NCBI RefSeq assembly: GCF_006345805.1
Contig: NC_043003.1
Location: 44,330,001-44,394,000, forward strand
Origin: Octopus sinensis
Lineage: Eukaryota
Length of the DNA stretch: 64,000 nucleotides
Direction of reading: 5' to 3'
The translations under genes and the position numbers were made by a program. Position 1 is the first letter of the stretch. The number at the start of each line of letters is the position of its first letter. The notes beneath the pieces were generated by a model that made no database searches, was not told the DNA's origin, and saw only the letters and a program-made list of their open reading frames with translations. Shown in pieces: positions 29,262 to 43,655 of the stretch.

Positions 29262-30629
29262 AACGACGACGAGATACATTAACTCTACACTTCGATTCAC
29301 TAATTTTTCTTGATTATTATGTTGCAAGTGTGACTAATTTATAATTTCCTTTCTTTGAGTGCAGAAGTGGCATTGACCATGGCGCTTGCATTCCTGCCAA
29401 ATCCGCTGTACCTGATGCTATTAATGTTACATTTAAATAATTAGGATGTTTTTTTTTCTGTTTGATTGCCACTTTTCAATTTCTTCAATTGTTCTTCCAA
29501 TTAATTTCGTATTTGGTGTGTCGATGTAGTCTTCTATGTTAATCATTGGCATTAAATTCATTCCCACCATAAATCAATGAATAAAGAGTAAACAGACTTT
29601 AAAATTTTGGATAATTTTAACCAAAAGAAAGCCACAGACATATAGGCGTCTGTTTCCATAGTAACAACCAAAACTTTTACCAAGCTACTTACCAACGTGA
29701 TCATATTCACTTATTAAATGCTTAAATTGCATGAGGTATGAGGTGGTTTATTTAGCTAATAAATAATAAATAATTCCTAAATATGCCTTAAATCACGCAC
29801 CACTTTTTTTTCTCTTTTTCGTTCTTTTTGCGTTTGCTTTTGCTTTTTGCATAATCTTATAAAATTTCGTGTTTAGAATACAAATTTGCAAAAATTTTCT
29901 GAAAAATTCCCCCCAAACTAAAAGGTTTATGATGGGTTCTAAGGTGTGCGTAAAGCAGATTTTTGACAATATTTCATTTGTTTACACTGAGATTCAATGT
30001 ATAAAATTACACCAATATACCAAATTTTGAAATTTTACTAAACTTTAAAATTTCCACAGATGCAGCCCAACAGAAAAGATCCGATTATTATATAGGTCAT
30101 CACTTGTAGGATAGACACGAATAGGGAAAAGAGTCAAGAGCTTTGACGTTGTAAGGAAGAAAGTTTAAGCAATAATGTTGGTTAATGCAGTGTCGAAGAG
30201 TTTGAAGCAACCCAGAGTAATGAGAACAGGAAAGAAATTCGGTGAGGCGTACAAAGTAGAGGAGTCACGAGCACAGTTCATTATAACAGCAACGTAATGG
30301 ATACAGACACAAGACAGCACGACTGTAACCCAGAATGATTATATAATTTCAATTAGTCGAAAAACCGATCTTTAGGTACAGTACACCAGCAGTGACCCAG
30401 TTTTAGGAACGGTACTACGTTTTGTACACACCAAGGTTTTCAGGAGGTGAAATATGTTCTTCTCCTGGATAGAAAAGCTAGTCTTGAGGACGCTGTCCTA
30501 GCTACGCTGAGGATATTTACGCCACGACAGATCAGTTTCCGTGAGGGCCAAATGTAGATGCCGTGTATGTTTAGAGAGTTTATTCTGCGGGTTTTATTAC
30601 CAGTATACCAGTAATACCAATAGTAGCTT

Positions 30630-30680
30630 AGTAGTAGTAATAGTAGTAGTAGTAGTAGTAGTAGTTGTAGTAGTAGTAGT

Positions 30681-30762
<82 letters not shown>

Positions 30763-30862
30763 CAGCAGCAATAGTGGCAGAAACGTTAGTAGAAGCGTAG
30801 CAATAACAGTATTAGTAGCTGTAGTAGCAGCAACGGCTACAACACTAGTTGTACAGTAGCAA

Positions 30863-30949
<87 letters not shown>

Positions 30950-30965
30950 CAGCAGCAGCAGCAGC
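30630..30965. repeat. Compound (AGT)n/(AGC)n/(ATT)n triplet microsatellite
   Basis: Read directly. Confidence 0.95.
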
Positions 30966-31379
30966 AGTCACCAAGATGAAACCTGTTGGAGAATGAATAG
31001 AGAGCTGTCAACAATGGATAAATTTCAGTGTGTAATGTCTGCATTTCTGGTTCTTTGGTATTTGTGATGCTCCCAAAATGGTCGTTACTACTTTCCCTGT
31101 CACAGTTGTTACTGTGTATGTCTTTTTATATATTTAAATGACAATATTGTTTTTTCCTCCTTTTTTTGTTGATTGTTTACATTATTACGTTACTGTGGTT
31201 TTAGTTGAAACCGATATGTATGTTGTTCTTAATAGAGCAGCTGTTTTTGAGGTTCATTTAGAATGAATATTGTTGAAATTCTTGTTATATTCGACCGAAA
31301 CTACTATTGCTGCTGCCGCCAACACAAATGTTTGCTTCCTTGTTTCTACTTTCTCGAATTGATATCTCAAGTGTTGCTG

Positions 31380-32580
31380 GTTAAGAAAGGGTCCGTGAGT
31401 GATATTGCACAAAACGTTCTCTATTTTGCATTTGTGTTCACTCGCTAGGTTGCTTAGTGTGAAATCAGATTGATATATATATTTGTTTATTTTGTTATCT
31501 ACTAAGGCATTTCAACAGAAATCATTTCATATGATGCATACATTATTTAGTCACATCGTCATTGACGTATCCAGGATTTTATGGGGGATTTGGCTCCAAA
31601 AATATACGCCCTCATTGAAATTGTCTGACCTCGGTTAATCAAGCCTGTATTTGCCTCCACCATAAAGCGCTTCTTTTCAGCCAGAGCCATCTAGATGCTT
31701 TCTCAGCCACCTCTAGGTTTTTTTATTGATAACTTTACTTTGTTCATTTCTTCATGCTCCATGTTCCATAGGTCTTATTCTGGGTATGTCCAGTGAACCC
31801 TTGATTGCCAAATCCACTGGCAAAAATGCCATTCTCCATCTGTTCTTTTGATTGTCTGTAGCTGATACTCTTGAGCTCACTTTCTCTCTGGCAACTCCTC
31901 CATCCTCTCCTACCAGGGCACAGTTATCTCTGATATGATTAGTGGTATTATTGTCTAACAACACCAAGATGACATTTGGTCACAACATAGTTTGTGTTTA
32001 ATGTAATGGAAATATTAGCTGTTTCCCAAGATCACCTGACATCACCCAGTATTGTGCTGTGGAAATTAAACAATCGGAGACGTCCACGGATATCTTCCTT
32101 TGATTGCTCTCTACCGTTACAAAGGTTATCATTCTGGCCGTAGTTTCTTTCCTTTCTGATGTCATTGATCCTCTTGCAGATTACATTAGTGATACTCCTG
32201 ACAAATTTTGCGGTCTCCAGCAATAGCGTATGTTTCTCACTACCTCGTAGCAACTGCTTTGAAGGCAACTCGATAATTTCAGTCTGAGTAAACAAGTTTT
32301 ATGCGGGAGTATTCATTAACCCACATATACACTAGTTGGAGTGTGGTGAGGGCCTCATAGAACAACTGCTACAAGTACTGTATCAGCTTTTGGTCATTTG
32401 ATTATTAGATTCTTACCAGGACACATATTCCAACATCTCCTCTCGTACTTCATTCAAACTCCCTAAATATGCATCACTAACATTCTGATGCTGTGCGCTT
32501 TCTTCAATGATGTTTTCAGAAATTTCGCAAGCATTTCTGCCACTCCTTCAGCTGTCCATAACCTAGTGTGTACTTGTAGC
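31380..32580 (-). mobile_element. Decayed R4/Dong-like (RLE) LINE RT and downstream region
   Basis: Minus strand: IKLFTQTE (DDIKL-like), WLWLKRSAL..EANTGLINRGQTISMRAY (WL..G.L..ETE..I.AAQ.Q-like); many stops. Confidence 0.45.
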
Positions 32581-33348
32581 TCTTTCCAATCCAGCAGTAC
32601 ATGTGACAAAGAATGGCGTTGTGCTTTAGCGGTTCTACTGGATATCGGATTAACTTAGTTCGCAAAATGACATGTTAGATACAGATTTTGACATTAGGAT
32701 CGTAGTTTGGAAATGGGATCACTAAGAATTATTGTTGCAGTTGTTCTTGCAGTTGCTGTTGCTATAAACACTGATATTGCAGTGGTTGTTGCCGATAGAG
32801 AATTTATTGCTCTAGTTGATGTTTGTTTTAACTGTTGTTGTCGTCATATAGAATGATTCATAGACGAGACATAAACAAAAATTAAGCTGTTTTCTTTGAT
32901 ACTCCTTATGAATCCCATGTCATTTGTTATGACAGCTGCACCCAATTCATCCTCATAGCCTACACATGAATTTCAGTCACTTTTGAAGCATAGATCATTT
33001 TAGTCTAGAATATATATTTATAAATTTGTAAACAAACCCGACGGCTGTAATATACGGAGAAGAGCGACATATATAGGTACTTTTAATAATGGGTGGGCTA
33101 TGCATGTGGGGTATACGACTGAACACAGTGCGAGCGGAGCCGTTTAAGCATAGACTACGTGTTCAATTACCAGGGGTACAGCCCTTCTGTTTAAGTCATT
33201 TGTTGACGTTTAGTCGCTTTAAATGAAGCATATATTATTACTAATAATATATAATTATGGTTATAATTAAAAGGGCATGTGTGTGTGTTCTCCGTAATTT
33301 ACAGCCTTCAGGTTTCTTTGTAAATTTATATGCGTATGTATATATGCG

Positions 33349-33380
<32 letters not shown>

Positions 33381-33841
33381 TTTATATACATATATATGCA
33401 TTTATATATATGTGTGTGTATATATATGTACATATATATATACGTGTGTGCGTGTGTGTGTGTGTGTGTTATTTCAGGTACAGAGTAATTGAAATGAGAA
33501 ATAATGTTTGTTTCTTTTCATAGAGACACACGTGCCCTGTGACGCCATAAAATTTTCATACCCGGTGAACATGGGTAGTTACAAAACAAACAAGGAATTT
33601 GATATATTATAATGCACAAGCAAAAGGTGGATGCAAAAACTGGAATGAGAATATAAGAGGTGAATAAAAACGGAGACAGATAAAAGAAAAAGGAAAGGAA
33701 ATTAAGTTGCTCTTCTTTGATCGTAGAAATCACAAATAATTAAGCTGTGTGGAACAATTCAAAAGCGAGGATTTCAAAAGCCAGTGAGACAACTGCGTAA
33801 TCTGGAGTGCGTGGTGTTCTGCAGTTCAATAAAAGAAATTT

Positions 33842-33955
33842 GAGACCGATAGAATAAGCGCTAGGCTTACAAAGAATTAGTCCTGGGGTCAACTTGCTCG
33901 ACTAAAAAAGGCAGTGCTCCAGCATGACCACAGTCAAATGACTGAAACAAGTAAA
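33842..33955 (+). mobile_element. SINE family B 3' tail
   Basis: gagaccgatagaataag..gtgctccagcatgaccacagtcaaatgactgaaacaagtaaa. Confidence 0.85.
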
Positions 33956-35591
33956 TGTGTGTGCTTGCATTTGCTGAAAATTTCGCATGTTGAAGTAAAT
34001 AGTGTGGTGGAATCCTTGGATGTTAAAGAATGAACGATTTATGGAGATTCTAAGAAAAGTGCGTCTATTTATTTCACCTATCGACCAACATAAATAATAG
34101 ACTAAGGGTATTTCTACTTGTTATATCTATGGCACTGATTTCACTTTCGGAAGCGAAAGCAAATTTTCTGAAGCAGCCATTTCTGCTGCAATCAATTAAG
34201 TTTGTGAGCTATATATTATCCATTTTTCAACGTCTATGCACTTTCAGTACATTTATTATATTATTTTTTTTCGACTTAAAGTAAATTGCGTGCTTTTAAT
34301 AGTAACTTAGGCATATGTTTTTGACCCTATGGTCACTAACATAGTCTGGCTGAATCCATAAAAAATAGTTTTTGCGTTATCAAGCCGAATGTCGTCTCTA
34401 GTAAATTACTTTGTGTCTTTCATATAGACGACATGTCTTATAATATATATCCATAACATTTTTGACCATACGTGATAAAATACAGCAGATGTCGAATATC
34501 TTTTTTGTTAAGTCAGTGCTTTACAGGCATTTCCTGCAAAAACAGCACTCATTATAATCCCCTTCTATTTGTGCTGCGATGTTATGGCTGTTTTCCTTTT
34601 TATACATCATTGATCACATACTTGATTATTTTATATATGTGATAAGTTTCCAGAGGTGTATATGACATTTCTCAAACGCATTTCATTAATGAAACAACGC
34701 CACGACCGTTTTTCTGGCTTCGATAACTGCCTTATTTCCCATTAGCTGCTATTTAAAACCACCTATACGGCCACCGACAAATGTGAATGTTTAGAATGAT
34801 GTACGCAAACAATATATAATTCTCTGAATGGTTTTTGAATAATACTATAGCTTTACCCAGTTGTAACGCAATGTCTTAATCCTGGACTACGAAGTAATCT
34901 ACAAATTGGTTTTTCATCACAGATTTGTACGTGAAATATATCTCATTTAGAAACAGAGATATTTATTAAGAATATGTTTGCTATACACTTATTCAATGTT
35001 TGATTCTTCTCTTGTTTCAATGTATCGGATCCTCAGCATTATGAAAACATTTCCTTACGCACGATTCCTAGAATCTTTGGTGTTAGATGCTGCTTCTTTA
35101 CTGACCGAAGCTTATGCAATTGGTGGAACGACATCAAATATTGCATGAATCAATACTGGGAAGGAAAGGTGGGAGCATGGAAGGACAAACTGCTCTCGGA
35201 GACAATTTTATAACGTAATACATATATATGAAGTTTATATATATATGTATGTATGTATATATATGTATATATATATATTTTGCATGACTGTACCCGAAAA
35301 TTTCTTCATACAACTTGATCAAATATTCAATATGAGCTATATGTAGACATGCATAAATTCTATAGGTTTAAAACCTTTCATCGGATCTCCATGAATCGAA
35401 CTTTCTTCAATGCAGTTAATCTTACAACCTCTTTTGTATCTACCCCTTTTGATGTTTGGGAATTCTCTGATATTTTTTCGGCTGACGAGTACGAGCCATC
35501 TGTATTCACTGCATTTTTTGTAGCTTATTAAAGATGTCCTCGTACGAAACGATCGTACCGAGATTTTAATCCATTCTTGTTGCTTTTTTCC

Positions 35592-35674
<83 letters not shown>

Positions 35675-35697
35675 GTGTGTGTGTGTATGTATATATA

Positions 35698-35909
35698 GGT
35701 TGTCAAGCGATGTTGAGGAGACAAACACAGGTATACAAGCATATATGCACACATACATATATACATATATACGACGGGCTTCTTTCAGTTTCCGTCAACA
35801 AAATCCACTCACAAGGCTTTGTTCGGCCCGAGGCTATAGTAGAAGACACTTGCCCAAGGTACCACGCATTGGGACTGAACTCGTAACCATGTGGTTGGTA
35901 AGCAAGCTA
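35698..35909 (-). mobile_element. SINE family B, 5' two-thirds
   Basis: Matches 43800-44040. Confidence 0.85.
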
Positions 35910-36918
35910 AGCTTAAATACCTCATTAAGAGATAATAATATCCAATGAAGTCATTGGTTTATTACCTATTATTTATTTGGAATCTTAGTTTAGTTTAGAA
36001 TAATAAAGTAATTAAATAAACCGAGATTAGTATTTAAGAAAAATAAGAAAATAGAGATAAATCAATTAATAGTTATATTTGTTAATTACAAAAATAGACA
36101 TAATCTCTGACAGCTGTTTCGGTTCAAACTTTAGAAATTAATTAAAATAAATAAATCATTATAAAATTGAATTTCGTCGAAGGTAGAAAAATGATATGTC
36201 ATTACCTTTTTATATTTTTGTGCTTTAAGTGTACGGAGCATACCAGTTAACTGAGTATTATTTTATAGGAAAATATGGTATAAACCTTATAAAGTAGAGA
36301 AAGGCAGTATGTTTAGAAAGTATAAACATAATATAAAATGCATTGGGAAAACATTGCAAGTATAAAAAAGAAAACATATAGCAATAAACTGTATAGTTAA
36401 ACCATATATTTAAGTATCAAATAAATGGATAGGTAAATGAATTCATAAGAATTTAAGCAATATAATATATTCTGGGTAGTCATTAAAATTATAGAAATAT
36501 ATATGTAGCAATTAAAATTTTAATTGACCTTTTAATTATTATATATTCATTATTAGGGGAAAGATATTTATAATAATTTATAAAAATTTAAGTAATACGG
36601 GTGTATATATATGTAAATGAAATAAATATAAAATGAGTAATTATAATAGGTAAACATATATGTATATTTTTGAATGTAAGTATACTATAAATACTATTTA
36701 TAATATACGTAATAATACGACAAAAATGCAATATAAGTTATATAAAAAAAATATATAGAATCAAAATAAACGGCCATGCTAATAAGCACCTATTGAGCGA
36801 ATATATACATATAATTACACGCTGATATGAAATAATAAATGTAATTATCTATGGGTAAACAGATGCTAAAAATTATGTAAAATTATATATAAAGATTTAC
36901 AAGGACATAAATGAATAT

Positions 36919-36995
<77 letters not shown>

Positions 36996-37294
36996 AAAGA
37001 GAAAGAGAGAAGAACTTATATGTATATAATGAGTACATGATAAAATATTATATTAGAAGCTTTATAGATTTTAAAGTTAGATAGAAACACATGTTCATTC
37101 AATGAATATTTTTGAAGTTGGAAATATTTCTGACAGACCTGGTCACGTTGAAAAATAGGAAACAGGTCTTAATCTGGCTTGCAGAAAAAACGAAAGAAAT
37201 ATGATCTGGATAACATCATTATGGCAGGGAGAATACTACTTTTCACTTTCGGCCAATGGCCATCAACGTATACGAGTAGTACTTGGAGGGAAAG

Positions 37295-37339
<45 letters not shown>

Positions 37340-38774
37340 CGTCTGTGCGTGTGTATGATATGTATGTGTGTGTATATACATGTATATATATAGACATACA
37401 TACAAAATCACACACGCACACACACGAACATGCATTGATATGTATATGTGTGCGCGGGTGTGTCCCTATGTGCGTCTGCCTTAGTATTTGTGCCCACTTC
37501 ACATATAGTTATGTTCTGCATCATTTTGATACATCCTTCATAAAAGATTTGAAACAGCATCAGTGTCTAATTCTCTCTCTCTCTCTCTTCTGTCACCCTT
37601 TGTAGAAGCTAAAGCAATGATTTAACAACCGCAACAACAATAAGCAACAATGATGATGATGATGATCATCATCATGATAGGCTCCATTTATTTACCACAG
37701 TGATATCAAAAGATGTGGTCATTACAAGGACTGCATACGTATGTGTGTCTGTGTGTAAGGGGCGAATATCCAAAGTAAAATGTAAGATGAACATTATTAG
37801 TGGTAGTATTAATAACATAAACAAGTAGTAGTAGTAGTGGTAGTAGTTGTAGTAGTAGTAGCAGCAGCAGTAGTGCTGGTAACTTTCTTTTGTCATTCTG
37901 GAAGTGTGTATAGGTGGTGGTGGTGGTAGTGTTGGTGGTGGTCGTGGTGCTGGTATTGTGTCTATTCGTTTACTGATAATGTTAGAAATGATACCAGCGA
38001 ATGTGGTACGCTTTTTAAACAACGCACCATACTGCTTTTGTGATTGTTATTTTTGTTGGTGGTGGTGGTGGGCGATGTTTTGGTGGTGATGGTGCTGTCC
38101 TTACTTGTGTTAGTCTTAGTGGTGACGGTGATGGTCATGTTTTTAGAAGTGTATGTAGTCTTGGAGTTGGAAATATTGGCTTTTTATTTTGTTTTATTTT
38201 ATACATCTTTTATTTTATTTTGTAGTCTAAGTATTCACAGTCGTCTTGATAGCAAACGAAATAATATAATTCTTTGTCTCTGAAATTATTTGATATAATC
38301 AAAGTCGGTTGAAAACTATTGTTCTCTTATCTAGATTTGGGTTTAATGGTGAACACAGATAAAGTCGGATACTCCACGCTTCAGACGAGGTGTATTCAGA
38401 CAATATTTCGGGGTTACTTGGCTGATATTGTTTAAAGGAATCTCAAGCTGAGGGGTCAAATTTTCAATACCAATAACTCATCTCTATAGGTAAGTAACGT
38501 GTTGTGCATATGTATGGCCCATCTCTGCGTGTATATGTGTGTTGTATGTATAACTGTATACATAAATTTATGTATTTACCGATGTAATAATGTATTTGTG
38601 CGTGTATGTGTGTATCTATGCTTGTATGTATGTGCTTGTATATATATATATATATATATATATACAAGCACATACATACAAGCATATATACACATATATA
38701 TATCTTACTCTCTCTCTCTCTCTATGTGTGTGTGTGTGTGAGTTTATGCGTGTCTGCATATATATCAGAATAGA

Positions 38775-38845
<71 letters not shown>

Positions 38846-39389
38846 CTCACAAATCAATTCACACCGACCCACATACACACCGAAATGAACATAGCATTCT
38901 GAAATGTACTTTTGAAATAACTTATGATAGAGACACCTCATTGAAAAGAAGAAAAATAAACGGAAGCATGAACATAAAAAAACATGAATATGTCGATATC
39001 GACGTCTATCATTATACAATTGAAATCGCATTTACATTTTTGATTAAATGCTGTATATGTTTAAAAGTAAATGACAACTCAGCCTGTCGATGAAAGTCTG
39101 AAACTAAACACAATTGTGATCGTAAAACATAAATAGGATCTTATTGTCAACAAGCAGGAAATCTTTTCTTTGCAATGTATGAATATACGTCCCAAATAAA
39201 CATAATCGTTCTAGACACAATGATCACATTCGCAAGCTTACATCCACATATATGTTTTACAAGACTGAGTATATTGTCTATTTCAACAGTGTATATGTAT
39301 AACACTCTGGACATGGACATGCACACACAGATATTTTTTCCGAAGTAACTATGATCCAGCATTCATTATTTTGTTTATCTCTCTATCTA

Positions 39390-39432
<43 letters not shown>

Positions 39433-39433
39433 A

Positions 39434-39481
<48 letters not shown>

Positions 39482-39483
<2 letters not shown>

Positions 39484-41303
39484 CGGTAATTCGCGTAAAT
39501 GGACATCTATCGAGACCTTTCGACATTGCACGTTCGGTCCGTCAGGGATGCCCCCTCTCGGCGCTTCTATACGTATTGACTCTTGAGCCACTACTGCGGA
39601 AGCTGGTGACTCTAAGGGGCATCCCGCGAGAATTGGGATGCGGGACGAGCGTGTCTGCATACGCGGACGACGTCACCGTCATAGTGTCTAGCCACGAGCA
39701 CATCGAGCTGGTCGGCGAGACACTGAAAAACTACGAAGCGGTGACAGGAGCGAAAATCAACCGGGAAAAGTCAGTGGGCTTGCGACTAGGCACCTGGAGA
39801 AGCAAGCCCATGCCGTCCACCAGCGCCTCCGTCGTGGGACGCTGGACCGACGGCCCGGTTGAGTTGCTCGGGGTCTGGTTTGGTCCGGACCTCCAAGTGG
39901 AGAAGAACTGGAACGAGATAACGAGTAGGGTGATCACTCTCGCCCGGCAATGGGCCGAGAGGAAACTGTCCCTAAAAGGTCGAGCGGAGGTGGCGAACAC
40001 GTACATCGCGTCCGTCATCTACTACCGCCTGACCGTCGTACCTTGTCCCGACCCTACCATCACCAAACTACAACGCATCCTCTTTCGCTTTTTGTGGAAA
40101 GGATGCGTCCCGATGGTCAGGCGATCCATTTGCTGTCAACACCCGTTAAAAGGAGGGCTGGGCATGCCGTGGTTGATGATGCGCAGACACGCGCTGAGAC
40201 TGCGACATCTCTGGCTCTATGTAGACGACGGTGAACAGGTGTGGTCGCCGTTTGTGAGGCACGCTTTCCCGCAGCTCGTCTCCATGACCGAACTGCAGTC
40301 GTAGATCAAAAAGAGGCCGAGGAAGGGCGAATGGCACCGCGAGTGTCGCGTTGCTCTCAAGCAACTCTGCCGTCCTGGGTCGACCTTAAGTGACTTCAAC
40401 ACAACCAAAGCATTCTATAGGGGTTTAGTGGAGGGGAGGTACGACGACGAGCTCGGGGCGAACCTGGACGTCGACGATGAATACCTGACCCGCCTGTTCA
40501 GGACGACTTTCGGGCCAGGGCCCATGGACAACTTCCAGAGATCCCTGGCCTGGCAGTGCTACCGAGAAGCGCTACCCGTTCGGGATAAGCTCTACAGACA
40601 CGGCTCGAGAAACACGGGGCCGACCTGCCCGAGATGCGGTCAGAGCGACGAAACCGTTCTGCACGCACTCGTTCAGTGTCCAACAATTTCCGACCTGTGG
40701 GCTTATGTCGAACAACTGCTGTCACGTGTGGGACGAGTCGGTTTATCAGCTGAGTCTATCGTCAATATTGTCACGCCTCCTTCCTTCAAACGGGGGAAGA
40801 AACTATTTTCATCATCCTTGTGGCTATGGCGAAAGAATGTATCTGGTGGACGCGCTGAAAGGATTGGAGACAAACACTTTCCTCTCTGGTCAATCTCTCA
40901 TCAACTTCTTCAAGTACCACTTGAAAAGGAAAGTGAGAGAGTAGAGAGGCAAGTTTTGTCTAGCGAATGTTTTAAAAAAAGAAGGGTGAATGTAGGAAGA
41001 ATGGCACGTATGAATGATGAAGCCACCTTGAGCATAGTCCTATGAACCCAGAAATCGAAAACAGAGAGTTGCTTATTTATTGACCGAGGTTACCGTGGTC
41101 TTTTCTGTAGGCTTTTCTTTCCACGGGAAAACCTCACCTGTCATCCCCTTTACACTTCATATTGACATTTCTGTGATAACGATCCCTATTGATCAATTTT
41201 CTTTTCCGCTCCCCCTTTTTTTTAACCCCCCCTTTTTTGTCCTCTTTCTCTCCTTTTACGATCCCTTTTGATCGAAACTCCCCCCTTCCTTTTTTTTTTA
41301 ACC
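39482..41303 (+). mobile_element. Tx1/L1-clade LINE, 5'-truncated, flanked by (CTAT)n on both sides
   Basis: RQGCPLS, YADDVT, RGHL-type thumb region, CPRCGQSDETVLHALVQC zinc knuckle; TAG at 40302-40304 and 3' frameshifts; GC-rich relative to the flanks. Confidence 0.93.
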
Positions 41304-41354
41304 CTATCTATTATCTATCTATCATCTATCTATCTATCTATCTATCTATCTATA

Positions 41355-41385
<31 letters not shown>

Positions 41386-41420
41386 ATTTTTATCTATCTA
41401 TTTATCTGTCTGTATGTCTG

Positions 41421-41467
<47 letters not shown>

Positions 41468-41495
41468 GTCTGATGTCTGTCTGTCTATCTGCCTA

Positions 41496-41532
<37 letters not shown>

Positions 41533-41709
41533 CTATATGTCTCCGTCTGTCTATCTATCTATCTATCTATCTATCTATATATATATATATATATTATATT
41601 ATATATATATATATTATATATATATATATAATATATGTATCTATCTATCTATCTATCTCTCTATCTATCTCTCTATCTTCTATCTATATTTATCTATTCG
41701 TCTGTCTAT

Positions 41710-41780
41710 GTACCGGTGATTCGGTGTTAGAATGCTCGCCTGCCACAAGGGCGACTCATGTTCGATTCCCGGCTGATGCA
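41710..41780 (+). tRNA. tRNA-Gly(GCC) pseudogene
   Basis: 71 nt; anticodon GCC at 41742-41744; T-loop GTTCGATTCC; about 12 differences from my recalled invertebrate tRNA-Gly(GCC) sequence; acceptor and T stems damaged. Confidence 0.85.
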
Positions 41781-41789
41781 TGTAGAAAT

Positions 41790-42696
41790 TCTAAGCATGT
41801 TATAAGAGATTACTGGAGGGGAAGTACGACGATGATCTTGGGCCAACCTGGGCCGCGACGATGAATACCTGACCCGCTGGTTCAAGACGACTTTCGGGAC
41901 GGGACCTATGGACAACTTCCAGAGATCCCTGGCCTGGCAGTGCTACCGAGAAGCTCTACCCGTTCGGGATAAGCTCTACAGACACGGCTCGAGAAACACG
42001 GGGCCGACCTGCCCGAGATGCGGTCAGAGCGACGAAACCGTTCTGCACGCACTCGTTCAGTGTCCAACAATTTCCGACCTGTGCCCTTATGTCGAACAAC
42101 TGCTGTCACGTGTGGGACAAGTCGGTTTATCAGCCGAGTCTATCGTCAATATCGTCACGCCTGCTTCCTTCAAACGGGAAGGAAGAGCTATTTTCATCAT
42201 ACTTGTGGCTATGGCGAAAGAATGTATCTGGTGGACGCGTCTGAAAGGATTAGAGACAAACACTTTCCTCTCTGGTCAATCTCTCATGAACTTCTTTAAG
42301 TATCACTTGAAAGGAAAAGTTAGAGTAGAGAGGCAAGTTTAGTCTAGCGAATGTTTCAAAAAACGATGGGTGAATGTAGCAAGGATGGCACGTATGAATT
42401 CTATGAAGCCGGAAAAATTTAAAACAGAGAGTAACTAACTTGCAAATGAATGTGTTAATATGTGCCATTATTGACAGAGGTTACCGTGGTCTTTTCCGTA
42501 AGCTTGTCTTTGTACCCCCTTCATACTTTACATCATGACATGTCTGTGATACACGATCCCTATTGATCGTTTTTTTACGATCCCTTTTGATCGAAAACCT
42601 GCCCTTTTTTTTTCTCCTCAAAAAGAAAAGGAAAAGCTCTACTTTGTAATTTGTGCTCTCTGTGTTCAGCCCAGTGTGGCTAATAAAGAAACATAC
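41790..42696 (+). mobile_element. Tx1/L1-clade LINE 3' fragment (second copy) with intact 3' end
   Basis: Highly similar to 40405-41290; CCHC knuckle; ends AATAAAGAAACATAC then (CTAT)n. Confidence 0.92.
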
Positions 42697-42718
42697 CTAT
42701 CTATCTATCTATCTATCC

Positions 42719-42789
<71 letters not shown>

Positions 42790-43569
42790 AATCTATCTAT
42801 CTGTCTATCTGTTAGTTAATCTGTCACTGTACATTGCTGCAAGCAAACTAGGACACGTGCAAAAAATTTTCACGTGCATTAAGGCGTCGAAAATTTCAAT
42901 AGGCAAACCTAAAATTAGATTACGCTATGGTAATTAAACAAAAGTGTAACCACAGACAATAATGAGCTACAAACGTCAAAATTATCAAAAACACGTGAGC
43001 TAACTTACCCAAACACACTAAGCCTAGCAAAATAAAGAAATAAGCAAAACAGCAATTATATAGATTAAGCGAAAAACGAAACTAAATTGAAATTGCCATA
43101 GAGTTGATCATGCAACAAATATACAGTTCAATACGACAAATAAAAAAAAACAGAAATAAAGAGACAAAACCAAAATATAAAGACAGAACTCATGGAAATT
43201 GAAAAAGGCGAGTACAAAAAAAAATGTAAACTTAGCACCATATCTTACAATAAATTGAATAAAAGCAGACGCAAAGACATATCCACTAAAATTATTACTG
43301 CAGCTGATTTTACTTAATCAACAAAAATAAGAGAGAACATCTAAAGATCAATAAACAACTTTCAGAAAATATCATTAAACCAGTTCTCATTCGGTATGCA
43401 GCCTTCTCATTTTCATTCCTTACTCTTTGAATAAACCGCATTTTCATTATTTCTACTCGGGTCTATCTTCCTCTTTTGAAATTGACTCCTTTACTATTGG
43501 CGTGAGTCCTCATTATTTTGCTGCTATTTACATAATATATTCCTCTTATAGCTATTCACATTCACCAAC

Positions 43570-43644
<75 letters not shown>

Positions 43645-43655
43645 ATATATTACAC

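Noticed and set aside
30478-30510. Hairpin gctag..ggac-gct-gtcc-tagc
   Set aside because: Short; no ribozyme or tRNA core; compatible with chance
35527-35554. ttaaagatgtcctcgtacgaaacgatc as a hammerhead
   Set aside because: Core and stem II too degenerate to support, although a PLE-end origin is possible
35950-36900. NUMT hypothesis for the very AT-rich tract
   Set aside because: No recognisable mitochondrial gene, rRNA or tRNA motif
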